DNA of 64,000 nucleotides from Neocallimastix sp. 'constans' (Eukaryota): NCBI GenBank assembly GCA_050613775.1, contig JBODTK010000108.1, positions 124,001 to 188,000 of the forward strand, read 5' to 3'. Shown piece by piece: positions 28,508 to 50,045 of this stretch (position 1 is its first letter; each line of letters starts with the position of its first letter). The notes under the pieces were generated by a model. It saw only the letters and a program-made list of their open reading frames with translations, ran no database searches and was not told where the DNA came from. The position numbers and the translations under genes were made by a program.

Positions 28508-29012
28508 TTAATTAATTAATTATTTTTTTATGGATTGATTAAATATGGTATCTTTATATTAAATAAAAAAATATATATATATATAATATACATTGAAGAT
28601 ATAATAAAATAAAAAAATTTATAAAAATAAGTTACAAATTTTAACTGTATAGGTATTATATTCATATATATATATTTAATTTATATAAATATTTAATATT
28701 TAATATATATATGTATATATATAAAAACTTTTTTTTTTTTTTTCATTTTTTTAAATCTAAGGAAAAAAAAAAAAATATTAATGATAAAATAAAATAAAAC
28801 TAAAAAATAAAATAAATTTTAAAAATAAAATAAAATAAAATAAATAAAAAAAAAAAAAAAAATGGAGAGATGGGGTAGAGGAGAAATAAATAAATATAGA
28901 TATAGATATAGATATAGATATAGATATATAGATAATGATGATTTAAACAATATAAAACAATAAAATAAAATCTATTGAATTTTATTTTATTTTTTTTTTT
29001 TTTTTTCTATTT

Positions 29013-34529
<5,517 letters not shown>

Positions 34530-35684
34530 ACTTTATTAATATAAATAAAAAATAAAATATATTTATAAAATATACTATTTTTTCTTTATCTTTTAATTTG
34601 GTATATTATTCAAAAGATAACAATATAATATATTACTAATAATAATATACTTATATTTATATATGTTATATTAATATTAAATCTACTATAATACTAAATT
34701 TTAAAACTTTAAAAAAAAAAAAAAAAAAAAAAAAAGAATAAATAAATAATATTAATAATAATGAAATTTCATTTCAACATGTATAATATAACTAAATAAT
34801 TAAAAATGATATAAATTATTACATTATTATATTTATTATTTAAATTTTTTTTATAAAAAAACTAAAAAAAAAAAAATCGTTGTCACGTAACTAAATTTAA
34901 ATTAAAATGATTTAATTGTATTGGTAAAAATTAAATAAATAGGCATGCAAATTAAATAAATTTATTAATTGATTAATTAATAAAAAATATTAATCAATTT
35001 AATAATTATTTTTTTAAAAAAAAAATAATAAATAAAAAAAATATTTTTTTAATATTTAAAAATAGCCTAATCTTTTTTTTTTTATTTAAATCATAAAGGT
35101 TAGTTCATCATTTTAAAATAAAAATTAAAAAATTTATTATATATATGGTTTCTTAAATTTTTACTTTTTATTATTTAAATTCCTTACAAAAATAATACAA
35201 AAAAAATCATTTCTATTAAGCCTATATAAAGTAAAAATTTGCTAAAAAAAAAAAAATTATAGAAGTAGTAATAGTTTTAATAAAATTAAAACTTTACAGA
35301 GAAATTGGATATTTTATTATATTTTTATAAATGTAATATTTTAAATTTTAAATTTTATTATAAGTATATATGGCAAAAATTCGGATTTTTCCTTTTACAT
35401 AATATATATATATATATTTTTTAATAAATTTAATCAACATATTAAAAAAAACGCTAAAAGATAAAAGATAATAATTAAATGAATGATAATATTAAAATTA
35501 TAAAATACTATTACTGTTTATTTAATTTTATTAATAAATAATAAAATAATAGAACAATTATTTATTATTAAAATTATCAAAAAAAAAAAAAAAAAAAAAA
35601 AAACTTCTATTATATATTAAAATAATCTAATTTGTTAATATTATTTATTTTTTTTCTTCCTTATGAAATATATATTAACATTTG

Positions 35685-36565
35685 TAGCTGGAAATATAAA
35701 TGATAGATATAAATGATAGTAAACCTGTAAAATATTTAAATGTATATGATAGAGGTCAATTAATAAAAATTAATGTCAGTAAAGTTGGTGATTCTACTTA
35801 TTATAATAGTAATACATTTTCTTATTTAGATAAAGCTAAAAACAAAAACCCAACAGGATATGCAGGTGAAATTTTAGCAACTATAAATACAATTAATCCA
35901 ACTTTAAGAAATGATGCTAAATCTAGGAAATTAATTGGAGAAACTGTTAGATTTGAAACTATGTATGATGCTTCAATTAACTTAATAGATAAATGTTTTA
36001 ATCTTTATTAAACAAATCAATAGATAAATGTTTTAATCTTTATTAAACAAATCATATAAGTGTAAAAAATATGGATGAGAATTAAGTAATTAGAAGAAGA
36101 AATACAATTATAAAAATTTTTTATTTGTTTCAACAATTAACTACAATAAATAATCCCAGTAGTAAATACAAATGAAGAATTAGTTAGAATTACGTTACCT
36201 CAATCACATGTTCGTGAAAGTGAACATGCATTTAAAAGATTTAATTTAGTACAAAGTGACGATAATAGAAGAATAAATGCTAATGAACTAAATAATAGTG
36301 TTGCAGGATCAGCTTCTATTTGTAGTATGCGAAGTATTAGAAAAAATAAAAGAATTGCATCTAATTGCAAATATATACCTATAAAAATCAAAACACAACA
36401 TGATATTGACAATTCATTATTAGAAATTATATCAATGCATAATGATAAAAATATAAATATTAGTAATATTAAAATTTATAATGAAGATTTATATAAAGAT
36501 CCTGACATAATAAATCATTTAAGTAATGAATTAATGAATGAATATATTAATAATATTGATAGATT
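35685..36565 (+). pseudogene. Decayed coding fragment of unknown function, possibly RIP/AB-toxin-like
   Basis: Coding-like composition; ORFs 35700-36011 and 36327-36599 join after removing a 35 bp tandem duplication (35984-36053), two TAA codons and one frameshift near 36155. The product assignment is inference only. Confidence 0.55.
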
Positions 36566-36877
36566 TTTAATAAATAATAAAACAATTAATTATTTATAAA
36601 ATTATCAAAAAAAAAAAAAAAAAAAAAAAAAAACTTCCATTATTCTATTTTATATATTTTATTATATAATATATATATTAATATCGATAGCATTTTAATA
36701 AATAATAAAACAATTATTTATTAATAAAATTATCAAAAAAAAAAAAAAAAAAAAAAAATAAAATAAAATAAAAAAACTTCCATTATTATATATTTTTATT
36801 ATATATTATATATTAAATTAATCTAATTTGTTAATATTATTTTTTTTTCCTTATGAAATATGTATATATTAACATTT

Positions 36878-37265
36878 TTTGTATTTTTATATATTATTTT
36901 TTACTTTTTACTTTTTTATAATTTGATTCAAAAATTTATATATCTTTTTATGTTTTTAATTATGTATTTTGGTAATATTATTTTTTTTTCCTTATGAAAT
37001 ATGTATATATTAACATTTTTTTGTATTTTTATATATTTTTTACTTTTTTATAATTTGATTCAAAAATTTATATATCTTTTTGTATTTTTATATATTTTTT
37101 ACTTTTTTATAATTTGATTCAAAAATTTATATATCTTTTTGTATTTTTATATATTTTTTACTTTTTTATAATTTGATTCAAAAATTTATATATCTTTTTG
37201 TATTTTTATATATTTTTTACTTTTTTATAATTTGATTCAAAAATTTATATATCTTTTTATGTTTT
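36878..37265. repeat. ~59 bp minisatellite, about 5 copies (…TTTTTTATAATTTGATTCAAAAATTTATATATC…)
   Basis: Direct inspection. Confidence 0.9.
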
Positions 37266-39330
37266 AATTATGTATTTTGTATTAACATATTTTATTTTAT
37301 ATTATTATTATTATTTATTGTTGCATTATTATGATACAGAAATTATTTAATATATATACATATTAAATATGTGCTACATAATTATATAAAAATTATTTAA
37401 TAATATATAAAAAATATAAAAATTATTTAATAATATATATCCTAAAATAAAAAATAATGATAAATATTGGTGTTATTATGTTTTAAAAATGTTTAATTAT
37501 TAAATATTATTAATTATATATTATATTAATATATGATTAATTAGTATATATTTCATAAAATAATATTTTATGAAATATATATTAAAAAAAAAAAAATATA
37601 ATCAGTATTAGTGTTATTTTTTCAATGTCAATTATTAAGGTATTATTTACTAATTATATATTATATTAATTGATTACTTCTTAAATTTTAAATAAAATTA
37701 ATTAAAAATATATATGTAGTAATAAATAATATTAATATTTAAATTTAATAAATAATTTTAAATAATTACAGTAGTGTGTCATTATTTATTGCTATTATTC
37801 ATAGGTATCATATTTTTATTAATAGTATTGCAATATAATAATTTGTAAATGATATTTTTTTTTTTTTATTTTGTTTTTTCTTCGGAACCGTAATAATTAA
37901 AGAATTTTATTTTATAAATTTTACTTGTCACACTTTATTATTTTTATATTTAAATTTAATAAATTAACAAGTTAAATTAAAAAAAAAAAAAAAAAAAAAT
38001 TATTAATAATATTATTAATATTATGATATAATTATTTCTTTATAACTCTTTCTTTTTTTTTTTTATTAATTATTTAATATTAGTCTAATTTATTTTAAAT
38101 CCATAAAAACATTTATAATATTGAAAATTAAAATTTAACCAATCATAATTAAAAATAATATTAATAAAAATAAATTGTTTAATTTATTTAATACATATAA
38201 TCATTCAATTATATTTTGAAATTTGAAATTAAAATTAGTTTATGATATATTTATAATTATATAATTTAGTAATGCATCATTTTAGAATAATATCTATAGT
38301 TACTTCTATATGAATTCTTTATTTAAAATGTATATTAGTATTTACTAATATACATGTTAACAAATATTATAATTGTATGTAATTATTTAAAAGTAAACAT
38401 TAATTAATTATTATTTTTATTATTGTATGTAATTATTTAAAAGTAAACAATAATTAATTATTTTTTTTATTTTAAAGGAAAAATAGTTTAGAAAAAGAAT
38501 ATATAAAAAACAGTATGTAGAAAAAATAGTTTAGAAAAAGAATATATAAAAAACAGTATGTAGAAAAAGAATATATTATAAAAATAGTATAACAAAAAAT
38601 ACACTAACAACCATGAGAATTTAAGATAATTTTTTTTTTTTTAAGAACCATACTTTTGAACCTATTATAAAAATAATTAATATTGACAGATTTTAATAAT
38701 ACAAACAATAATGTAAATAATAATAATGATAATATACTTCATCGATTTTATTTTATTATATAATTGATTAACTTTTTATCCGATGACCGAATTTTTTTCA
38801 TATATTAATTCTATTTTTAACAAATTTTTTTTTATAAATAATTTTCAAATGTTTAAAAAAAAAAAAAAACATTTTATTTTTTTATATTACTATTTTAATT
38901 ATCTAATGACATTTGTTTTATAAATTAAAAAATTAAATGAATGATCACACCTTCTAATAATATTTCTACCTTTAATATTAATGTGTATAAAAATATTTTT
39001 ACTATAATGATAAAAATAAAGATATATTAATTATTAATTTTATTTCATATATTTTATGATTGCTAAATTAGATAAATTATTATAGATTGTTTTATATTAT
39101 TAACCAATATTATATTATTTAACCAGTATTATTAATCATTTCAATAATAATAAAATATAAATAAATATTTTTATTTATGTTATATATATCTTAATTGTTA
39201 TTATTATTCAATTTGTTTTTTCATATTATATTAATATCCATGAAAATTGATAAATGGAATGGTTAATTTAACTTTAATCATTATTAAAATCTAAAGAAGA
39301 AAGATTTTTAAAAAAAAAAAAAAAAAAAAA

Positions 39331-39361
<31 letters not shown>

Positions 39362-39959
39362 AAAAGGTTTAACAAGTTTATATATCGTTATATTAATTAA
39401 AATTGCTCTATGCTAATATAATTTTTTAATGGTTAATTAATTATTTAATATAAAAATTCTATTATTAACAATTATTTTTTAATTTAATATAATAAAAAGA
39501 TATTTTTTATATTTTAATAGTATTTTATTCATATTTTATCGTTTTTTATTCTTATATTATAGATTTATTATACTGTGTTATTATTTTTTACTTATATTAA
39601 AATTAATATATTATTAAAAACGGAAAAAAAATTTTACATAAAAGGACAAAAAAAAGTATCTAATTTTTCATTTTTTCTCATTTCTTTTCGTTTTTTTTTT
39701 ATTTATTATATTCTATTAGAAAAAAATAAAAAAAAGATAAAAATTATAAAATTAATAGTATAAGATTTTATAAAATTTAAATTTTAAAAAAAGAGGTTGT
39801 ATTCAACAAGTAATAGTATATTGAAATACTTTTTAATTATAGGACATTAAAAATATAATTAAAAAGTAAATAAAAATTAAAATATTATATAAAAACTATA
39901 GTAAATCAATAGAATAATAAATTTTAAGAAATAAAAAAAAAAAAAAAAAAAAAAATAAA

Positions 39960-40732
39960 ATGGGTTCTGCAATTGCTACAAGATCTAAATATGCATCATA
40001 TGCCTCCGGTGTATTGGTAAATCTTCATATTTATTCAAAAAAAAAAAATAAAAATAAAAAAAAAGAAATAATGTATATTATATGAACAATAATTTTAATA
40101 ACTAAAATTTATTATAAATATATAATAGTTCGGTGCTGGATGGTGGTTACTTATTGATATTTTAGTATATTTCAATAAAATCGGTAAACCAAAAGATAAT
40201 GAACCAAATGATGCTATAAATTTCACAACATTTATTCCAGGTATTATTGGAACCATTGGTTTCTTCTTGTAAGTATACTATGAAAAAGAAAATATTAAGA
40301 GAGAAATAATATAATTTAAATGCGTTTTCTTAAAATAGGTAATTAATTATTAAACATATATATATGTTTTTTAGAGTAAACGTCCTTCCAAGAAATTCTT
40401 TAAACATTAATCAAGAAAACACTATTTCATCAGGTAAAAGTCTATATATTATTTTTGCTTTCACTGTTACTTTTGCCGGATTAATTTCTGGTTTCTGGAT
40501 TTTATTCGACAAATACACTGGTGAAGCTTATGGTAAATACGGTGTATTTATGGTTATGCAAAGTTTATGTATATTCTTAAGGTAAACTAATTATAAAAAT
40601 TTTTTTTTTTTTTTTAAAAAAAAAAAGAGATTTTATTGAACATAAATTTTTTTTTCATTAATAATATTATATATAAATAGTACGTTTATCTTTAGATTCG
40701 GTAGACCAATGACTACTGAAAGCTCATTTTAA
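39960..40732 (+). CDS. VPS68: Vps68/TMEM50 (UPF0220) small multipass membrane protein; exons 39960-40016, 40129-40268, 40375-40581, 40681-40732
   Basis: YASGVLFGAGWWLLID, FIPGIIGTIGFFLVN, MQSLCIFLSTFIFRFGR; four hydrophobic segments; GT-AG introns in phase. Confidence 0.85.
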
Positions 40733-40967
40733 GTAGGTCATTGAAACAAAAAAATAATACCAATCATTATAATTATAAACCCATATCATTATAAATAATA
40801 TATTATACACATGTTTATTGTAAATTTAAATATTTTTTAATTTAATAACAATAGTATTTTGTTTAATAATTTATTAATTTTTAAAAATAAAAAAAAATTT
40901 ATCATTAAAAAATTAATGAAAATAATTAAATTATTTTTATTATTAATTTAAAAATTTAAAAATAATA

Positions 40968-41226
40968 TTATTTAAAAAAAAAATTTTGTAAAAATAAAAA
41001 ATACTCTTTGAATTTATTTATTAAAGAAGAAATTTATAGTTTTAATTTTATTTATTAAAGAAGAAATTTAAAAAAAAAAAAAATTTGTAAAAATAAAAAA
41101 TACTCTTTGAATTTATTTATTAAAGAAGAAATTTATAGTTTTAATTTTATTTATTAAAGAAGAAATTTAAAAAAAAAAAAAATTTGTAAAAATAAAAAAT
41201 ACTCTTTGAATTTATTTATTAAAGAA
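40968..41226. repeat. ~100 bp tandem repeat, about 2.5 copies
   Basis: TTTGTAAAAATAAAAAATACTCTTTGAATTTATTTATTAAAGAA recurs three times. Confidence 0.85.
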
Positions 41227-41271
41227 ATAAAATAAAACAAAAAAAAAAAAAAAAATAAAAAATTAAAATAT

Positions 41272-42062
41272 TTAAATTAATATATATATTTTTTAAAAAA
41301 AATAAAACTTTGCTTTTATTATTTTTATTATTTGTTTATCATATAAAAATTATGGATATTTTTATTATTTGTATATCATAAAAAAGTTATGAATATTTTT
41401 ATTATTTGTTTATCATATAAAAAAAACTTATAGATATTTTTATTATTTGTTTATCTTTTATAAAAGTTATGGATATAAGTTTTATAAAAGATAAACAAAT
41501 AATAAAAATATCCATTAAATTAATATATATATTTTTTAAAAAAAATAAAACTTTGCTTTTATTATTTTTATTATTTGTTTATCATATAAAAATTATGGAT
41601 ATTTTTATTATTTGTTTATCATATAAAAAAAACTTATATCCATAACTTTTATAAAAGATAAACAAATAATAAAAATATCTATAACTTTTATAAAAGATAA
41701 ACAAATAATAAAAATATCTATAACTTTTATAAAAGATAAACAAATAATAAAAATATCCATAAGTTTTTTTTCATCAATATAAAATATATAGAAATTATCA
41801 TTTATTTGTATTATTAAGCTATTAAACTAAATTTTTTAGAGTAAAATTAAATATTTTTATTATTTGTTTATCATATAAAAAAACTTATATCCATAACTTT
41901 TATAAAAGATAAACAAATAATAAAAATATTCTTATAAAAGATAAACAAATAATAAAAATATTCATAAGTTTTTTTTCATCAATATAAAATATATAGAAAT
42001 TATCATTTATTTGTATTATTAAGCTATTAAACTAAATTTTTTAGAGTAAAATTAAATATAAT
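41272..42062. repeat. Mixed direct/inverted array of a ~39 bp unit (ATATTTTTATTATTTGTTTATC…TTATGG and its reverse complement)
   Basis: The unit occurs many times in both orientations, with switch points near 41470, 41640 and 41890. Confidence 0.8.
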
Positions 42063-42317
42063 TTTTTTTTTTTAATATTAAAGAATAAATGATATGAATA
42101 AAAATGATTCGTAATAAAAACATAATAATATAAAATCTATATTATAAAACTATTAATTATAAGCTAAGAATTTATTTTTATTATTTCTATACAGAAATAA
42201 TAATAATTTAGTATAAAAAAAATCTATTAAAACCATAAAAAAAAAAAAATAAATAATAAAAAAATTTAAATTAATATAATTTAAAGAAAAAACAAAAAAT
42301 AGAAAACTTTGTTATTA

Positions 42318-42377
<60 letters not shown>

Positions 42378-42586
42378 TTTTATTTTATTTTATTTTATTT
42401 TTATTTTTATTTTTATTTTTATTGTTTATATTAAATATATTAAATAATAAAAGTTATGAATAAAAATATTTTTTAATAACATAAAATATAAAAAAAATGT
42501 TTTATTTATTTGTATTATAAAGCTATTAATTTTAAACTAAATTTTTTTTATTATATTATATATGTAGTAAAATTAAATATAAATAA

Positions 42587-42636
<50 letters not shown>

Positions 42637-45343
42637 TAAAGAATGAATGATATGAAAATATAAATAGAAATGTTTTGTGTTAAAGATATAAAGTAAAAAT
42701 AGTAATAAAAAAAAAAAAAAAGAGAACAAATGAATAGAAATATTATAAAATAAAAAAAATTGAAATTGAAAATATGAATAGAAACATAATGACTTAATAA
42801 TAAAATGAAATATTCACTTTTTTCTTTTTTTTTTTTTTTTAATAAAAAAAGTGAATATTTCATTTTATTATTAAGTTAGGAATAGAAAAATTTTTGTAAT
42901 GAAAACATAGAGTGAAAAAATAAAAAATTATTCTTTTTTTTTTTTTTTTTTTTTAATAAAAAAAGTGAATATTTCATTTTATTATTAAGTTTGGAATAGA
43001 AAAATTTTTGTAATGAAAACATAGAGTGAAAAAATAAAAAATTAAATTTATTTTTTTTATGCTAAGTTAAGAATAAAGAAGTTTTATGTAAAATCATAAA
43101 TAAAAAAAAAATTGTTTTATTTTATTCTTTTTAAATAAATATATAATAAAAATTATGATTAGAAATGCTTTGAGGAAAAAATATAAATTAAAAAAAAAAA
43201 GAAAAAGAAAATTAGTTTCATTTGATCTTTTTTAATATATAAAATTGTTATCATATTATATTTTCATTTAAAGATTAAATTTACTATTAATCTATTCAGT
43301 ATAAGATTTAAAATTAAATAATTGATCTTAAGGAATGTATTGAAATATAAATTTTAACATAATATTTTACGCGTATCTAAATATATTATTATATATTTAA
43401 TGACTTTAATTATCCATTATATATATTTTCATCTATTTTTTATTTCCTCTCATCTTAAATCATTTACTATTTAAACATTTCAATTTCATTTTTATTTTCT
43501 ATTTTTTTTTTAAATTAAAATATCATTAATAATATATATAAAATTCCAAAATTTCAATTTTTAAATTAAATTTTTACGTTTAATATATAAATATCAAATA
43601 ATTCATATTTTTATATTATGTGCAAAGTGAAAGTCGGACATTTGTCATTAACGGTTTATCACCATTATATTAATATCCCGGCTTATTCACTTAACTCTTT
43701 CTTATTAACTAAAGCATCAAAAGAACATCACCAAAATTAATAGATGTAATTTTGGGGGGATTTTTGCACTACATATAAATCATATAGATAAATATGCCCA
43801 CAAAATCTTTAGTTTTATAATCTTTAATTTTTTAAAGATGGTTGTTTAAATTTAACAAAATTTTTTTGTTTTTATAAACAGTGGTCTTTTTTAACCAATC
43901 ATCATTTAGCTAAAATACACATGATTATTATAAAATATATTAAAAAAATACATAAAAAATACAAATAGACATAAATACAAAAATTTAGAATTATATTTTG
44001 TGTATGATTTTAAATCTAGATTTATATATTTTTATTTTATGTTTATTTTTATAATTTTATATTATTATTATATTATATAATTATTTTATTTTTTATTCTT
44101 TATTTTTAAATTTATTACAGATATTTTTTTTTTATTAATAGATATGGATCTTTAAAAAAAAAAAAATTAATGAAATTTATTTATTTCGCTATACTTTTTT
44201 TTTATATGAACAATATATATATACAATGCTTGTATATATTTATAATATATATTACTACTATTATATATATATAATTTAAGGTAGTAGAATATTTATATAT
44301 TTTAGTTTAAAACAATTTCTATAAATATGATTATAATATAATAGATATTTATTGTTCATAACATTTTTTATTAATAATTAGTTATTTAAAGTTTAACAAT
44401 TCAAAAAAAAAAAAAAAAAGTATTTGATCTATTAAAAAAAATAATGAATATTAAAAAAAAAAAATTACCAAAATATATATATATATATTTTGGTTAGTTA
44501 TTTAAAAATAATGTATGTTTACTCTAGTTTAAAAATATGATAATATATGTATTTGTATATATAAAAGTCAATCTATATCAAAAATTTAAAAATGATTAAA
44601 TAAATAATAATAAAGAATGATTAATATATATTTTGTTGTAGTTAACTTTAATGCTTTGAAAATAATAAAAAGCTTGATGTAAATATATTACTCTTAGATT
44701 TTTTCTTTTTTTTTTTTTTTTTGTAAATAAATTTTGCTTATATATTTAATCCAAAAAGAAAAATTTTGTTGGATTATTTAAAACCTATTATATTTATTAT
44801 TAGTTATAATTATTTATTAAAATTAGTATTTCATTAAATATTAAAGATGACTATAATGTGTAAATATATGAATTTTAATAATAAAATAAAATAAAATAAA
44901 ATAAAATAAAATAAAATAAAATAAATAGTATAATACTAAATATAAAGTACAGATTGAATAAAATAAAATAAAATAAATAGTATAATACTAAATATAAAGT
45001 ACAGATTGAATAAAATAAAATAAAATAAATAGTATAATACTAAATATAAAGTACAGATTGAATAAAATAAAATAAAATAAAATAAAATAAAATAAAATAA
45101 AATAAAATAAAATAAAATATAATAAAATAAAATAAAATAAAATAAAATAAAATAAAATAAAATAAAATAAAATAAAATAAAATAAAATAAAATAAAATAA
45201 AATAAAATAAAATAAAATAAAATAAAATAAAATAAAATAAAATAAAATAAAATAAAATAAAATAAAATAAAGAACAAAAAAAAAAAAAAAAAAAAAAAAA
45301 AAATAAATTATGCGTATATATGTATATATTTTTTTTATTGGGA

Positions 45344-47162
<1,819 letters not shown>

Positions 47163-49684
47163 TTTAAAGTTTAATTCTTAAAAATTAATTATTTTTCTTT
47201 AATAATATTAAAGAAAATATTTACTAGAAAATAATATTGTTAGAATATTATATATTAATATAAAATTAAATATAATGAATTGAAATTTAATTTTTAAAAT
47301 AAATAAATCAATAAATCAATAAATAAATAAATAAATCAATAAATCAATAAATCAATAAATCAATAAATCAATAAATAAATAAATCAATAAATAAATCAAT
47401 AAATAAATCAATAAATAAATCAATAAATCATATGAATTGTTTGTTTAATAATTAAAACATTATAAATAATAATAATATTTTTTTTTTTTTTTTTTTTTTA
47501 AATATTATTTAAAATAATATATATTATAAACGATAAACCATATTATAATATGTATTATTAAAAATAAATTGTTTTAAATCAATATTTATTAATTGTGATA
47601 GTAATAGTTAATAGAAGGTAAAGTGAGTTTTATTAATTTTTTTTCTTTTTTTTTTTGTTTGTTTGAGATTAACAAAGGGGCTTTCACTCTCTCCTTTAAA
47701 TGTATCAGATTCTGGTAATATTTTATAGTCTTGTAATCAATACATTAGTTATGGAGATTAATATCCTTCTTTAATTTCGGCTATTAAAGCTAACGTAATT
47801 ATATAGATTTTATTTCTCTAAATTTTGATTAAGAGTATTGGTAATTACCTTTTTAAAATCCTTAATTACATATCATCTTTACAGTCCATAAGAACCTTGA
47901 GACTCTTAATCTAATAGAAGGTGAAATTCGTTTTATGAGAAATATTTATTAATGTATTAATAATTAACCTTGGATCTACAATTAAAGTAAAATCAATTTT
48001 ATTTATATTGGAATTATGACTAAATTTAGATACATATTAATTTATTTTATCAATGAATTATATGCTAATTTAGCATTAATTCTATATCGTCAATTTCTAA
48101 TTCTAATTCTAATAAAATAATAATAATTCGAATAATTTGAATAATAATACTAATAATACTAATACTATTAAATAATAAATAATAATAATAAATAATAATA
48201 ATAAATAATAATAAATAATAGTCAATAATAGCAATATAAATAATAAAAGTAATTATTATAGTCAATAACAATCAATAATTAATTATGATTATAGTATTAT
48301 TAATAATAATAATAATAATAATAATTTATAAGTATTGAAAAATGAAATATATTAGATGCACATTTATCTGTAGAAGTTAAAGGTGGTTACAGATAAAAGT
48401 TTATATATATTATAAATATTTTTTTTAGTTACAGATAAAAGTTAATATATATTACAAATTTTTTTTTTTTATATATTTTTTTTTTATTGGTAATTAAAAT
48501 TTTTTATAGGTATCAAAAAAGGTACTTGAAATTTTCATAACCATTCTTTTTCTGCTAAGTATTTTTTTTATTTTAGGCAATTGTTTTGCTTAAACATGAA
48601 ATATCTCCCACTGATTTTAAACTTTTAAATCGTTAATCATGATAGTAAAAATAAATGAATAAAAGAAAAAAATTTTTCTCATTTGGTATATTTCTTGACT
48701 TGCTATTGGCTAAAATTCAATATTGTGCTACAATGAATTGAAATTATATTATTACTATTGTAATTAAAATATAATAAATTATTTATATATAAGTAATCAT
48801 ATGTACTACACTGTTTTGTAATACATTTAATTATAAAGATAATATATTGCAATATATAGATTAAATAAATTTAATTAAACTTCATAGACATAAAAATCAA
48901 TTAATTGTCATCAACCATTAATTACAATATATTATTTTATATTTATTAATATGTGAAAGTTGTTAATTATATATATTAAAACTTAAAACTTTGAAGTTAA
49001 TCTATAAGCTTAATTTATTAAAATCAATTTTTTATATATTCATGATTTATATTATATTATATATATGTACTTAATAACTAGGAATATATATATAAAGTAA
49101 ATAATATTATTAGTAAATAATAAAGTAAATAATATTTTATTATTTATATTTTTTTATATTTATTACTATTAGTACTAATAATATATATATATTTTTGAAA
49201 TTATATTTATAATTTTTAGGCTAGTATAGAAAAGATTGATAATTTAATAATCAATAATTATTATTATTTTTTTTAATATCTTATAAAGAATAATACGTAT
49301 AAAGCTTTTTTTATTTATTATATCTTATAAATATTTTTTATTCATACTTTTTTTTTTACTTATTATATCTTATAAATATATATATATTTTTTAATTAATT
49401 ATTTTCATAAAATTTAAATTTGAATATAAAACAATACTAATTTATTAATATGAATATATATGGAAATTTTTTTCATCATTTTTTATATATTTTTTTTTAT
49501 TTTTTATTTTATATTTTAATATTTTAATAATTAATTAATATTTATTATTATTTATTTTTAATTCATTTTAATATGAATTTTAATTATTATAAAAGTTTTA
49601 TAATTTGTAATAATTTGGAACAATGAAAATTTTGATAATCAAAAGATAGCAAATTAATAATTATAATAAAAAAAAAGGATTATA

Positions 49685-49724
<40 letters not shown>

Positions 49725-50013
49725 TTAATATAATAGTAATAATAATAATAAAAGAAAAAAAAAAAAAAAGGAGAATTTTAAATGTAAAATGAAGATTAAT
49801 TAAAAGATTCTATTGAATCGTTAATTTAATATAAACTTAAATAATAATAAATCTATAATAATAAATTTATATTAAATAATAAAATAACAAAATTATGAAA
49901 GAAAAAAAGTGAACAAAACAAAGCAATAATTTACAATAAAAAAGAAAAATAAAAATAAAACAAACAAAATAAAATAGGAAATAATAATAATAATAATAAT
50001 TAAAAAAAAAAAA

Positions 50014-50045
<32 letters not shown>

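Noticed and set aside
36878..42062. Repeat arrays as possible CRISPR loci
   Set aside because: Units are contiguous without unique spacers, there are no cas genes, and the context is eukaryotic.
47640..48000. Island of higher GC upstream of NOT2
   Set aside because: No open frame or recognisable motif; could be a decayed transposon or promoter/UTR, but I cannot support a call without a search.
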